From contig JBBINO010000001.1 in assembly GCA_037443845.1 (NCBI GenBank), positions 61,368 to 125,367 of the forward strand: a stretch of 64,000 bases of DNA. The letters run 5' to 3'. The position numbers and the translations under genes are program-made. Below, in pieces: positions 9,242 to 21,535 of the stretch (its first letter is position 1; every line of letters starts with the position of its first letter). Source of the stretch: Acidobacteriota bacterium. GTDB lineage: Bacteria > Acidobacteriota > UBA4820 > DSQY01. The notes beneath the pieces were generated by a model. That model was not told the DNA's origin. It did not search any database and worked only from the letters and a program-made list of their open reading frames with translations.

Positions 9242-10621
9242 CTACTTGCCTATGCAGAACTTGCTGAAAATCAACTCATAGAGATATTCCGGCGGCTTCT
9301 TGCCAAGAAGATCGTCGAAAGCCCTCGCGGCCTCGCCGATGAAGGCGAGCGCAACCTCCTCCGTGTGGCCGGAGGCGAGCGAACCATCGGCCCCGGCCAA
9401 ACATTCCGAGGCTCTTTCGAGGGCCGCCCGCTGCCGCTCGTTGAGAAGAACGGGCGCCTCTCCTGGCAGCGATGCCAGCGCCCAATCGGCCAAATGGCTC
9501 ATGAGCGGGGGAAAGCCCTCTCCCGTCACGTTCGAAAGCGAAAATCTGGTCAAGCCAAGCTGGGGTGCCTCGCTAGCACCACGAGCAAGGTCGGATTTCG
9601 TCTCAACCAGCCCAATCACTTTGCCTGCCAGGGAGGCGGCAAGCGATTCCTCCTCCCTTCTCCAGCCGGTCTCCTTTGAGTATAACAGGAGCACGCCGTC
9701 TGCGCTTCGGGCAGCCTCCAACCCCCTCTCGACGCCGAGCTTCTCGACCGGGTCACCGCTTTCCCTGACGCCGGCCGTATCAATGAGAACCAAGGGCAGG
9801 CCCCTGAGATCTATCGTCTCCTCGAGAATATCCCTCGTCGTACCCGGGTGCGGGGTGACCAGTGCCCTCTCCCGTTGAAGTATTGCGTTGAATAGCGAAG
9901 ATTTGCCTACGTTCACGGCGCCGCAGAGGGCAACTCTCCAGCCCCTGCGCAAGGGGCTCGACGTGTGCGAAATATCGAGAAGCTCCATGACTTCACGCCT
10001 GACAACCGCCAATTCGTCGCGCGCTAAGCCGCCGCACGGTGGAAAGTCTTCCGGAAACTCAACCCGCGCCTCCCATGCGGCCGACAACTCCAAGACCCTT
10101 TGCCTCAACGCCTCTGCCCTGGAATGAAGCCCCCCCGCCGCCGCGATGCCACCGCTTTTCGCCTGGAGGGCCGTTTCAAATGAGGCCATCTCGTTCGCCG
10201 CTTCGGCCTCAATGAGGCCGGATCGCCCGTTCAGGACAGCGCGGAACGAGAACTCGCCAGGCAGGGCGGGCCTAGCCCCAAGCTCTATACAAGCGCGCTT
10301 CACGGCCAGAACGACGGCTGGCGATCCGTGGAGGTTGAATTCGACCACGTCCTCCCCGGTGAACGAGGCGGGCGCCTCGAAATAGACCGCCAATCCCAGG
10401 TCGAGGACCGAACCGCCGGAATCGAGAAATTCACCAAGAACGAGCCGGCGCGGCGAACTCCAGGGGGCCGGAGTCATTCTCGGCGAGAAGAGTTTACGCA
10501 GTATTTCCAGGCTTTTGTCGCCAGACAGCCTTACTACCGAGAGGCCGCCCCGCCCCGCCGGGGTCGCTTCGGCGACGATTGTTGCCGTGACGTCCGGCAT
10601 CTTTAAGCGCTCCGGCCACAA
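9242..10621 (-). CDS. mnmE: tRNA modification GTPase MnmE (TrmE)
   Basis: 459 aa with G-domain motifs GAVNVGKSSLFNAIL and TPHPGTTRD, and the characteristic C-terminal CIGK. Confidence 0.9.
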   Translation of the reverse strand: MWPERLKMPDVTATIVAEATPAGRGGLSVVRLSGDKSLEILRKLFSPRMTPAPWSSPRRLVLGEFLDSGGSVLDLGLAVYFEAPASFTGEDVVEFNLHGSPAVVLAVKRACIELGARPALPGEFSFRAVLNGRSGLIEAEAANEMASFETALQAKSGGIAAAGGLHSRAEALRQRVLELSAAWEARVEFPEDFPPCGGLARDELAVVRREVMELLDISHTSSPLRRGWRVALCGAVNVGKSSLFNAILQRERALVTPHPGTTRDILEETIDLRGLPLVLIDTAGVRESGDPVEKLGVERGLEAARSADGVLLLYSKETGWRREEESLAASLAGKVIGLVETKSDLARGASEAPQLGLTRFSLSNVTGEGFPPLMSHLADWALASLPGEAPVLLNERQRAALERASECLAGADGSLASGHTEEVALAFIGEAARAFDDLLGKKPPEYLYELIFSKFCIGK

Positions 10622-10633
10622 AGGCAGGCATCA

Positions 10634-12415
10634 TCAGCGTGAGGGTTTCGAGGGCCCCTTCGGCGTTGATTTGCGCTCCCGCACGGTGGCCTCCTGCCTG
10701 GCCGCAACCTGCCGGTTTATCAGGTACTGCTGCCCTATCGTCAGGACGCTGTTGGCAAGCCAGTAGAGGGCCAGCCCAGCGGGAGCCGTCAGACACCAAT
10801 AAACGAACATTACGGGGACGGCCCATATCATGAGTTTTTGGGCGCCTTCCATCTCCGTCGTCATGGTCATTTTTGTCGAAATGACCATCGTGGCGCCCAT
10901 CAGGAGGGGCGTGATATAGAAAGGGTCGGCGACTGAAAGGTCTTTGATCCACCCGAAAAAGGGCGCTCCCCTTAGCTCTATGGCGGCGGGCAGAAGAGTG
11001 AAAAGTGCTAGAAAAATTGGCATTTGGAGCAACATCGGCAGGCAGCCGGCCATTTGCGCCATCGGGTTGATGCCCTCCCGCTGGTAGAGGGCCATCATCT
11101 CCTCGTTCATTTTGGTACGGGTCGTCATGTCCTTGGGCATCTTCTTGTACTTCGCCTTGATGCGGTCAACTTGGGGCTTGAGCTTCTTCATCGCTTCGCC
11201 CATCTCCTTCATCTTGACCATGGAGCGCTGGGTGAGCGGGTAGAAAGCCAGTTTTATCAAGGCGGTTAGGAGGATTATGGCAACCCCGTAATTCTTGCAG
11301 AGGCCGTAGAGCCACTTCAAGGCAAAAAGAAGCGCCGTGCAGAGGGGGTGTAGGATGGCGCTTCCAAAGTTCGAGGTCCCCCAGTTCAAGAGCCTGTAGT
11401 ACTCGCCGCCCATGGCACTGAACCGCCCGTACTCTTTTGGCCCCAGAAACAATTTGCCCGAACCGGGGTAGGCGATTTCTAGGGAGAGGTACGAATCGGC
11501 GGGATGGATTTTCCTCAAATCAGCTGGCACCGCCCCCGTCAGGACTTGGGCCTCGGCGATGGACTTGTCCGGTATGAAGAGCGCGGCGAAGTAGTTGGTG
11601 CTGACCCCGGCCCAAAGCAGCGGGCCTTTCGCCTGCTCCGCCACCTCGCTCCCACCCTCGCCGGCCTTCTTTCTCATGATTCTCTCGTACTGCCCCCCCC
11701 TGTCCATCACCGCGCAAGCCTGCTGGAAATAGCGGTCTTTCGCCTGCTCCGCGCTGAGCCGGCCCAAATCCGGCCCCCATTCAATGGGAGTCTCGTCCTG
11801 AACCTTCCCTCCCTTGACAAACTCCGTCCCGAAACCGGCTTCATAGCCGTTGGGCGGAAGGCTGAAGAGCTTTTTGACGCTATTCCCCTTGTCGTCGGCC
11901 CAAGTGAACGTCACGGTCTTGGCGCCCTTCTCGTCCGGCGGTTGTTCCACGTGGAACAATGCCCCATTTACCGCCGCGTCGAAGGCAGCGTCGCCCGTCA
12001 GCAGCCGGAGCGGGTACCGGCCGGTCCCCTCGGCAAGAGGCGAAACCAAGTCGTCGTTATCCTTGGCGCCTCGTTCCTTGTAATGCTTGAGAACCGCGTG
12101 GAGCAGGACCGCCCCCTTGTTGTCAAAGACGAGCCGCAGGTCATCGTTTTCGAGAACGACCGTCTGGCGGGAACCGGCCTCGACCGGCTTGACCGCAAAT
12201 GTCGCCGGCGCCGGCTGCGCCACCACCGCCGCCGGCGGCGCCGGAAGAGCCTTGGCTTCCTTGGCCGGCGGCTGCGGCGGCTCCTTCTTGCCCGGCCCAG
12301 GCTGCATCCAGTAGGCCCACGCGGCGAAAAGAACGCCTATGATAGCCGTCGTCAAAAGCAACCGGCCAGTACCTACCGATTCTTCCTGCCCAAGCTGGTT
12401 CATGCGTTGCTCCAT
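10634..12415 (-). CDS. yidC: Membrane protein insertase YidC
   Basis: 593 aa with an N-terminal TM segment, a large periplasmic domain, a C-terminal 5-TM region and a basic tail. Confidence 0.9.
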   Translation of the reverse strand: MEQRMNQLGQEESVGTGRLLLTTAIIGVLFAAWAYWMQPGPGKKEPPQPPAKEAKALPAPPAAVVAQPAPATFAVKPVEAGSRQTVVLENDDLRLVFDNKGAVLLHAVLKHYKERGAKDNDDLVSPLAEGTGRYPLRLLTGDAAFDAAVNGALFHVEQPPDEKGAKTVTFTWADDKGNSVKKLFSLPPNGYEAGFGTEFVKGGKVQDETPIEWGPDLGRLSAEQAKDRYFQQACAVMDRGGQYERIMRKKAGEGGSEVAEQAKGPLLWAGVSTNYFAALFIPDKSIAEAQVLTGAVPADLRKIHPADSYLSLEIAYPGSGKLFLGPKEYGRFSAMGGEYYRLLNWGTSNFGSAILHPLCTALLFALKWLYGLCKNYGVAIILLTALIKLAFYPLTQRSMVKMKEMGEAMKKLKPQVDRIKAKYKKMPKDMTTRTKMNEEMMALYQREGINPMAQMAGCLPMLLQMPIFLALFTLLPAAIELRGAPFFGWIKDLSVADPFYITPLLMGATMVISTKMTMTTEMEGAQKLMIWAVPVMFVYWCLTAPAGLALYWLANSVLTIGQQYLINRQVAARQEATVRERKSTPKGPSKPSR

Positions 12416-12669
12416 TTCTCATTCTTCTCGGGCACGGGGTCGTATCCTCCTTCGTGCCACGGGTGGCATTTCATCACGCGCTTCGCTCCCAGCAACAACC
12501 CTTTGCCCGCGCCGAATCGCTCGACGCACCCGGCGGTATACTTGGAGCAAGACGGATAGAAGCGGCAAGCCCCGCCCAAAAAGGGCGATAGGGTCCACTG
12601 GTAGAGCTTGATCAAAAAAAGGACTACCTGGCGCAACTGGGAAAGCCCTCCCGCGAGAGCCGGTCGCAA
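12400..12669 (-). CDS. yidD: Membrane protein insertion efficiency factor YidD
   Basis: 89 aa containing LIKLYQWTLSPFLGGACRFYPSCSKY and CHPWHEGGYDPVP. Confidence 0.85.
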   Translation of the reverse strand: MRPALAGGLSQLRQVVLFLIKLYQWTLSPFLGGACRFYPSCSKYTAGCVERFGAGKGLLLGAKRVMKCHPWHEGGYDPVPEKNEKWSNA

Positions 12670-12990
12670 AGCTTCAAGAAAGCCTCTCTGACCGAAGCGT
12701 AATCGAGATCAGACGCCCCGCGCTTAGCGTTCACGACCACTTCGCACCCTTCCGGCAGCAGAGAGCGCTCCGCTCTGAACACCTCCCGGACGAGCCGCTT
12801 AAGGCGGTTGCGCTCGACGGCACAACCCGTCTTCTTGGGGATTGTACACCCCAAACGCCTGACGCCCGCCGCCGCCGGCCGCGCATAAAACACCAAGCGC
12901 GCCGTATATATCGGCGCACAGGCTCTATAGATTGCCTGGTATTCAGCCCGGGCCCGGATTCGGCTGCTTTGAGAAAAAGGCCCGGTCTTC
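12624..12990 (-). CDS. rnpA: RNase P protein component RnpA (start uncertain)
   Basis: RNR motif region NRLKRLVREVFR and conserved position between rpmH and yidD. The ORF start at 13019 would overlap rpmH, so a later start is likely. Confidence 0.75.
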
Positions 12991-12997
12991 GCTCCGC

Positions 12998-13135
12998 CTA
13001 CTGCGGCGTGAGCCGCCATCGGCCCTTGGCGCGCCGCCTGGAGAGCACCTCACGGCCCGTTTTCGTTGACATGCGAGCCCTGAATCCGTGCGTTTTGGCT
13101 CTGTGACGGCGGTTTGGCTGAAAGGTTCGTTTCAT
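12998..13135 (-). CDS. rpmH: 50S ribosomal protein L34
   Basis: Hand translation of the minus strand gives [45 protein letters not shown] (45 aa). This gene is absent from the supplied ORF track. Confidence 0.9.
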   Translation of the reverse strand: MKRTFQPNRRHRAKTHGFRARMSTKTGREVLSRRRAKGRWRLTPQ

Positions 13136-13162
13136 GGCATCACTCTCTTCTTTCTAGGATAT

Positions 13163-13591
13163 CTAACGCGGCATCTGCGCTTGTCTGGCGGCCACCTGCA
13201 ACCGCACAAGCGCCTGTTCGAGCGCGGCCTGGGCCGCGCGAAAGTCGGTATCAGGATCCTTCAACATCGCCTCCGCGCGGGCCTTTGCCTCTTGAGCCGA
13301 CGCTACGTCTATGTCATCCGGCCGCTCGGCGAGATCGGCCAGCACGGTAACCTTGTCGGGCAGTACTTCCGCGAAGCCCCACGAGACGGCAAGAAATTTC
13401 GCCTCGCCGCCCTGGCGGTACTTTATCTCACCAATCTTGAGCGATGTCAACAGCGGGGTGTGGCCCGGAAGGACGCCAAGGTAGCCTTCGCTCCCCGGAA
13501 GGGTTATCTCGTCCACTTCCTCGCGAACGACGCTTCGCTCCGGCGTGACCACCTGGAGCAACACTTTCTTGGGCAGGTCGAATGAGCCCAT
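13163..13591 (-). CDS. atpC: F1 ATP synthase epsilon subunit
   Basis: 142 aa, epsilon-like, positioned last in the operon. Confidence 0.9.
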   Translation of the reverse strand: MGSFDLPKKVLLQVVTPERSVVREEVDEITLPGSEGYLGVLPGHTPLLTSLKIGEIKYRQGGEAKFLAVSWGFAEVLPDKVTVLADLAERPDDIDVASAQEAKARAEAMLKDPDTDFRAAQAALEQALVRLQVAARQAQMPR

Positions 13592-13602
13592 TCTCTTCCT
13601 CG

Positions 13603-15054
<1,452 letters not shown>

Positions 15055-15918
15055 TTAACCGAGGGCCTGCGCCCCGCTGACTATTTCGATCAGCTCTTTG
15101 GTGATCGCGGCCTGCCTGACGCGGTTCGCATAAAGGGTCAGGCGGTCTATCATCTCTTTCGCGTTCTTCGTCGCGCCTTCCATCGCGGCCATCCTGGCCC
15201 CGTGCTCCGCGGCCTGAGATTCAAGCAGGGCGCGGTAAACCTGATACGTCACGTGCTTCGGGATCAGCGTGTCGAACAGCTCCTGGTCCGTCGGCTCGTA
15301 GAGGTAATCCATGAAGACCTGCGGCTCGTCGAAAGCCAGCTTTGAAATTGGCAGGAGCTTCTCAAGAACGACGCGCTGCGAGATGGCGCTCTTGAACTCG
15401 TTGTAGATGAGGTAGACGGCGTCAACCTCGCCCTTCTCGTAAATTTCCGCGAGGTGGCCCGCGATCTCGGCGGCGTGGTCGTACTTGACCTTCTGGAAGA
15501 CGCCGACCCACTGGCGGTCAACCGTCGTTGTCCGCTTTCGGAAGAAATCCCGCCCCTTGCGCCCGATCAGGTCCAGCGCCAGCGCCTCGGCCCCGGACTG
15601 CTTCTCCTTTACCGTCTGGCTCGCGAAGCGGATGATGTTGCCGTTGAAACCTCCGCAAAGCCCCCTGTCCGCCGTGATCACGACGAGGTGCACGCGCTTC
15701 TCGGGCCTCTCGGCCAGAAGCGGGTGCTTGCTCCTGTCAACGCGGGTGGCCAGCGAATTGAGGACTTCGAGCATCTTTTTGGCGTACGGCCTTGCCCTAA
15801 GGATTGATTCCTGCGCCCTGCGCAGCTTGGCCGCGGAGACCATCTTCATGGCCTTGGTTATCTGCTGAGTGCTCTGGACGGAGCGGATCCTCCGCCTGAT
15901 GTCCCTGAGGTTGGGCAT
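15055..15918 (-). CDS. atpG: F1 ATP synthase gamma subunit
   Basis: 287 aa, gamma-like, with N- and C-terminal helices (ITKELIEIVSGAQAL). Confidence 0.9.
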   Translation of the reverse strand: MPNLRDIRRRIRSVQSTQQITKAMKMVSAAKLRRAQESILRARPYAKKMLEVLNSLATRVDRSKHPLLAERPEKRVHLVVITADRGLCGGFNGNIIRFASQTVKEKQSGAEALALDLIGRKGRDFFRKRTTTVDRQWVGVFQKVKYDHAAEIAGHLAEIYEKGEVDAVYLIYNEFKSAISQRVVLEKLLPISKLAFDEPQVFMDYLYEPTDQELFDTLIPKHVTYQVYRALLESQAAEHGARMAAMEGATKNAKEMIDRLTLYANRVRQAAITKELIEIVSGAQALG

Positions 15919-17439
<1,521 letters not shown>

Positions 17440-17445
17440 GCCTTC

Positions 17446-17979
17446 CTACCTCTTCTCGAGAGCCGCTTTCATCGCCCTCAGCGAACCGGCCACCGAACCG
17501 TCGTAAACCGTGGAACCTACCTTGAGAGCGATCCCGCCAATCAACGCCGGGGCCGCGTCCGCCTCAACCTCCACCGAACCCTTCAAAAGCTCCCTGAGCT
17601 TGCGCGCAAGAAGCTCCTTCTCAGCTTCGCTTACCGGCTTCGCGGTGGTCACGTGAACCCTCGTGACGCCGAGCTTCGCGTCGCACAGCGCCCTGGCCGC
17701 GGCCATGATCTCGTCCCACTGCCTAAGCCTTCTGTGGGCGACGACCATCCGGACGAAACGCGCCACGTGCGGCTTGAAGCCGGCCTGCGCGCAGAGCCCC
17801 TCGACCACCTTCTCCTTCGCCGCCGCCGGTATCACCGGGTTTTCTAGCGCCGGCCGAAGTTCCGGTACATCCCTCAGCCACTGGGAAAAGACCTGCAATT
17901 CGCCCACTAGCCCCTGCACCTCTCCGGGCTGGGAGGCATCAACCAGGGCTTGCGCGTAACGCCGCCCGATCCCGCTCAT
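17446..17979 (-). CDS. atpH: F1 ATP synthase delta (OSCP) subunit
   Basis: 177 aa with operon position and OSCP-like length. Confidence 0.8.
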   Translation of the reverse strand: MSGIGRRYAQALVDASQPGEVQGLVGELQVFSQWLRDVPELRPALENPVIPAAAKEKVVEGLCAQAGFKPHVARFVRMVVAHRRLRQWDEIMAAARALCDAKLGVTRVHVTTAKPVSEAEKELLARKLRELLKGSVEVEADAAPALIGGIALKVGSTVYDGSVAGSLRAMKAALEKR

Positions 17980-18543
17980 TTCACGGCCCTCGTCATTGAG
18001 TCAAGAAACTTCTCCCTCAGCTTCTCTTCGTCTGAAGGGGTGATGTTTCTGGCGATTATTTCGCGCGCGGTACGCTCGGCAAGTTCCGCCGCGTAAGCCC
18101 TCAGGGAGCGGCGCGCCTCCTCCATCTGCCGGGCGGACTCTTCCCCGGTTTCCCGGCGGATGCGCTCCCGCATCTGGTCGGCTTCCCGCTCGATTCTCTC
18201 TTTTTCTTGAAGCGCCGTCTGCTGCGCCTCCTTTTCGATGGTCGCAATCTCCCCGGAGAGCGTGGCCATCTTCGCCTCGACTTCTTTCAGCCTTCCAAGC
18301 GCCTCCTCTTTTTCGCGCAAGGCCTTGTTGAGCTGCTCTTCAATCTGAAGCGAGCGGTCCTTGAAGAATTTCGGAGCCGGCTTGCGCAGGAGATACACGA
18401 AGAGGGCGATAACCAAAAGTAGGTTGATTATCTGCCAAATGATGACCGGAACGCCCCAAATCGGGGCAAGCCAACCGTTGCCCTGCGCGGCCTCGTGGCC
18501 CTCGCCCTCGGCCGCGAACAGCGCGACGGTGGAGAAGGCCATC
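17976..18543 (-). CDS. atpF: Fo ATP synthase subunit b
   Basis: A single N-terminal TM helix (WGVPVIIWQIINLLLVIALFVYLL) followed by a long charged coiled coil. The 337-aa ORF extension upstream overlaps the b' gene and is judged spurious. The proposed ATG is at 18543. Confidence 0.75.
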
Positions 18544-18568
18544 AGTAGGGAAATCCAGACTCGGCGCC

Positions 18569-19027
18569 TCAAGCCCGCACCTGCCTTCCCAAGATTTTTG
18601 CGGCCATTTCGAGCGCAAGGGCCTTGGTTCCGTCCGCAAGCTCCGACCTGGCCCTCGTCACGTCGGCCGACAATTCCCCTTCCAGCGCCTTGGCTTTTGC
18701 CGCGGCTTCGGAGCGGACCTCTTCGAGAACCGAGGAGCGGTAGCCGTAGGCTTCGCGCCTGGCCGCCTCTTTCACCTGGCTGCCCTTCCGCCTGGCGTCG
18801 AGGAGCGACTCCTCGTACTTGGCGAAGCGCTGCTGCAACTCGTCCTTCGACCTGAGCGCCAAGTTGGCGGCCTCTTTCACCGCGTCGCGCCGCTTGGCCA
18901 GCACACGGTTGACGGGCTTGAACAGCACCAGGTTCAGAAGCGCCCCGTAAACCAGCACCATCACCATCAAGATCGGTATGTGCCACCAATTATCAGTAAT
19001 CTGTTTGATGAGATCCACGGCGGATGC
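18569..19027 (-). CDS. Fo ATP synthase subunit b' (second b-type subunit)
   Basis: One TM helix (WWHIPILMVMVLVYGALLNLVLF) followed by a charged coiled coil. The proposed GTG start is at 19027 (VDLIKQITDNWW). Confidence 0.7.
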   Translation of the reverse strand, partial: ASAVDLIKQITDNWWHIPILMVMVLVYGALLNLVLFKPVNRVLAKRRDAVKEAANLALRSKDELQQRFAKYEESLLDARRKGSQVKEAARREAYGYRSSVLEEVRSEAAAKAKALEGELSADVTRARSELADGTKALALEMAAKILGRQVRA

Positions 19028-19149
19028 TTCCCCCCATGAAACGGCTTGCGGCCGTACAAAGGTTAAAGGATACCAGAAAACGGGCCGCCCGGTCAAGGCT
19101 TGTGGTCAGGCTTGTGGTCAAGGCGGCATGGGATCGCTGGCAGAAAAAT

Positions 19150-19224
19150 TGGTGGGCGGTACTGGATTTGAACCAGTGGCATCCTGCGTGTAAGGCAGGC
19201 GCTCTTCCGCTGAGCTAACCGCCC
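19150..19224 (-). tRNA. tRNA-Val (anticodon UAC), CCA encoded
   Basis: Reverse-complement GGGCGGTTAGCTCAGCGGAAGAGCGCCTGCCTTACACGCAGGATGCCACTGGTTCAAATCCAGTACCGCCCACCA folds into a cloverleaf. The 7-bp acceptor stem, D stem GCTC/GAGC, anticodon stem CCTGC/GCAGG with loop CTTACAC, and T stem ACTGG/CCAGT with loop TTCAAAT are all intact. Confidence 0.9.
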
Positions 19225-19240
19225 CGCCGTAAAACGAGAA

Positions 19241-19441
19241 TCACCCTCCCCCAACGAGAGTAACTATTTCAAGGGCGTCTCCCTCGCGCAACGAAGCCGC
19301 CCCGTAGCTCTCCTTCCTGACTATTTCACCGTTGAGCTCCACCGCGACGCCGGCAAGGCCAACCTTGAGTTCCCCCAACAGATCCTCGATGGTTCCCGCC
19401 GCGACCTGCCGCTCTTCGCCGTTAATCTTGAGTCTCGTCAT
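19241..19441 (-). CDS. thiS: ThiS/MoaD-like sulfur-carrier (ubiquitin-fold) protein
   Basis: 66 aa ending in GGG. The MTRLKINGEERQVAAGTIEDLL beginning is ThiS-like. It is translationally coupled to the upstream ORF. Confidence 0.8.
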   Translation of the reverse strand: MTRLKINGEERQVAAGTIEDLLGELKVGLAGVAVELNGEIVRKESYGAASLREGDALEIVTLVGGG

Positions 19442-20079
19442 TGCTTGCGCGTCACCAGATACTTCAACTGCTTTCCGCCCCTGGGGTGCGACACGTCAAC
19501 TATGACCACCGCGCTCTCCGAAACCGCCGGCACCGCGAACGTCGCCAGGCAAAGCCCCGCGGCGTTTGTCGCGCCCTTGAAAAGCTGCTTGACCGTGCCG
19601 TCCGAAGTAGCCAGCGTCACTTGAACATGCGCCCCCATGACCGGCGACTGGGATATTTCTGACGCCGCCTTTATCTGCACGCGCCCGTTTGAGCCCGCGG
19701 CCATTTCGGTCTGGTCCAGCACGGTGACGGCCAGTTTTTCGCCGTCGCTCTCGCTGGTCAGGTAATCTAGGATCACCTCGTCCAGGCTTTTGCCGGTCAC
19801 GATTCCTTCGCCGAAGGGCTTGGCCTCCTCCTTGGCGTACTTGCCCAGCTTCACGTCCACGACCACCCGCCGGTGCTGCTGTTCGAGCATGGCGGCGACT
19901 TTGCTTTCCTCGTAGCCGGACTGGAGAAGCTCGCTGTATGAGGTTTTCTGCGAGGCCAGGATCTCGCCGCCCGAGTATATGAGCGTCTCTATGACGGGAT
20001 TGGACTTGCCCCGGTCCTCCGTCTGGACGTGGTATACCCTGCCCTTATAGGTGACATCCTGGTTGCATCCGGTGATCAT
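19438..20079 (-). CDS. Hypothetical protein (213 aa), no recognised motif
   Basis: Long ORF on the same strand with tight coupling to thiS downstream and 85 nt after the lyase gene. No spurious-looking composition. Confidence 0.55.
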   Translation of the reverse strand: MITGCNQDVTYKGRVYHVQTEDRGKSNPVIETLIYSGGEILASQKTSYSELLQSGYEESKVAAMLEQQHRRVVVDVKLGKYAKEEAKPFGEGIVTGKSLDEVILDYLTSESDGEKLAVTVLDQTEMAAGSNGRVQIKAASEISQSPVMGAHVQVTLATSDGTVKQLFKGATNAAGLCLATFAVPAVSESAVVIVDVSHPRGGKQLKYLVTRKQ

Positions 20080-20163
20080 TGGCGGATATCATCCTCCCCA
20101 GAACCTAAAGCATACGGGAAAGCGGCCCTTTAGGCAAGCGCGCCGCCGCCTCACGATGGAGGC

Positions 20164-21534
20164 TCAGGAAAACGGCCTGAGCCTCGAAGTGAAGTGGCGC
20201 AGGAACGGCGGCTCGTAGGTAAGCTCGTAGCCCTTCTCAACGCCCGCTTTCTTGATCACCTCTCCGGCCACGCCGGCGACGTAGCCAAGGTGGCTTGCCG
20301 TGTAAACGCGCCTTGGCACAGCGAGCCTCACAAGCTCCATCGCCGCGGGTACGAAGGCTCCCTTTTCGTCCTTCTTTCCAAACATCAGCGAACCGATCTC
20401 GACGCCCCGGACGCCTCCCTCTCGGTAGAGCGCGACGGTGAGCGCCTGCGCGGGAAAACGCTCCGCCGGGACGTTCGGGAAGACGGACTTCGCGTCGAGA
20501 TATACCGCGTGGCCGCCCGTGGGCTCTAGGATTGAGACGCCCTGCGACTTGAGCGCCTCGCCGAAATCTGCGATCTGGCCTACGCGCGCCTCCAGGTACG
20601 ATTCCTCCTGGACCTCTTCAAAACCCTGGGCCAGCGCTTCGAGGTCGCGCCCGGCGAGGCCGCCGTAGGTGAGGAAGCCTTCCCTGAGAATCAACGAGCT
20701 CTGGAGCCGCTTTGCAAGTTCCCCGTCCCTCAAGGCGATGAATCCGCCGATGTTGCCGAGGCCGTCCTTCTTGGCGCTCATCGTCGCGCCATCGGCGCAG
20801 GAGAACATCTCTCTGACGATCTCGCGGACGCTCCGGTTTTTGTACTCGGGCTCGCGCTGCTTTATGAACCAGGCGTTTTCCGCGAACCTGCATGCGTCGA
20901 GGAAGAAGGGCACGCCGTGGCGGTGGCAGATTTCCGAAGCGCCCTTGATATTTGCGAGAGAAACCGGCTGCCCTCCGCCGGTGTTGTTGGTCACGGTGCA
21001 CATCACGAGAGGCACCTTCTGGCACCCCAGCTTCTTGAGCGTTTCTTCGAGCCTTCCGAGGTCGAGGTTCCCCTTGAAAGGAAGTATCTTGTGCGGATCG
21101 CGGCCCTCCGGCACCACCAGGTCCAGGGCTTCGGCCCCGTAGAACTCAATGTTGGCGCGCGTCGTGTCGAAGTGGTTGTTGCTCGGAATGGTAAGCCCGG
21201 GCTTCGAGATTTCGCCGAAAAGGACGTTTTCGCCCGCCCGCCCCTGATGGCACGGCAGGACGTGTTCCATCCCGGTGAACCCCTTGACCGCCTCGTAGAA
21301 GCGGAACCAGGAGCGCGCCTGGGCATACGATTCGTCCCCGCGCATCAGGGCGCTCCACTGGCGGTCGCTCATGGCCCCGGTGCCAGAGTCGGTCAAAAGG
21401 TCCACGAAGACGGCTTCGGCGGGAACCATGAAGAGGTTGTACCCGGCCCGCTCCAAGTGCTGTACCCTTTCGGCCCTGTCCGGGAGCCGGATCGGCTCCA
21501 CCATTTTGATGCGGTAAGGCTCTGGCTGCCACAT
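20164..21534 (-). CDS. Tryptophanase/tyrosine phenol-lyase family beta-eliminating lyase (PLP-dependent)
   Basis: 456 aa. The N-terminal EPYRIKMVEPI is characteristic of TnaA/Tpl. Length and PLP-fold region fit the beta-eliminating lyase family. Confidence 0.8.
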   Translation of the reverse strand: MWQPEPYRIKMVEPIRLPDRAERVQHLERAGYNLFMVPAEAVFVDLLTDSGTGAMSDRQWSALMRGDESYAQARSWFRFYEAVKGFTGMEHVLPCHQGRAGENVLFGEISKPGLTIPSNNHFDTTRANIEFYGAEALDLVVPEGRDPHKILPFKGNLDLGRLEETLKKLGCQKVPLVMCTVTNNTGGGQPVSLANIKGASEICHRHGVPFFLDACRFAENAWFIKQREPEYKNRSVREIVREMFSCADGATMSAKKDGLGNIGGFIALRDGELAKRLQSSLILREGFLTYGGLAGRDLEALAQGFEEVQEESYLEARVGQIADFGEALKSQGVSILEPTGGHAVYLDAKSVFPNVPAERFPAQALTVALYREGGVRGVEIGSLMFGKKDEKGAFVPAAMELVRLAVPRRVYTASHLGYVAGVAGEVIKKAGVEKGYELTYEPPFLRHFTSRLRPFS

Positions 21535-21535
21535 A

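Noticed and set aside
5483-12559. Numerous 60-350-aa ORFs antisense or out of frame to parB, parA, mnmG, mnmE and yidC (for example 11504-12559 +, 351 aa)
   Set aside because: They have Arg/Pro/Gly-rich low-complexity translations typical of high-GC non-coding frames. The opposite strand carries full-length conserved proteins.
17976-18989. 337-aa ORF giving ATP synthase b a 150-aa Arg/Gly/Ala-rich N-terminal extension
   Set aside because: The extension is low-complexity, overlaps the b' gene in another frame and is a typical high-GC long-ORF artefact. A start at ATG 18543 gives a normal approximately 190-aa b subunit.
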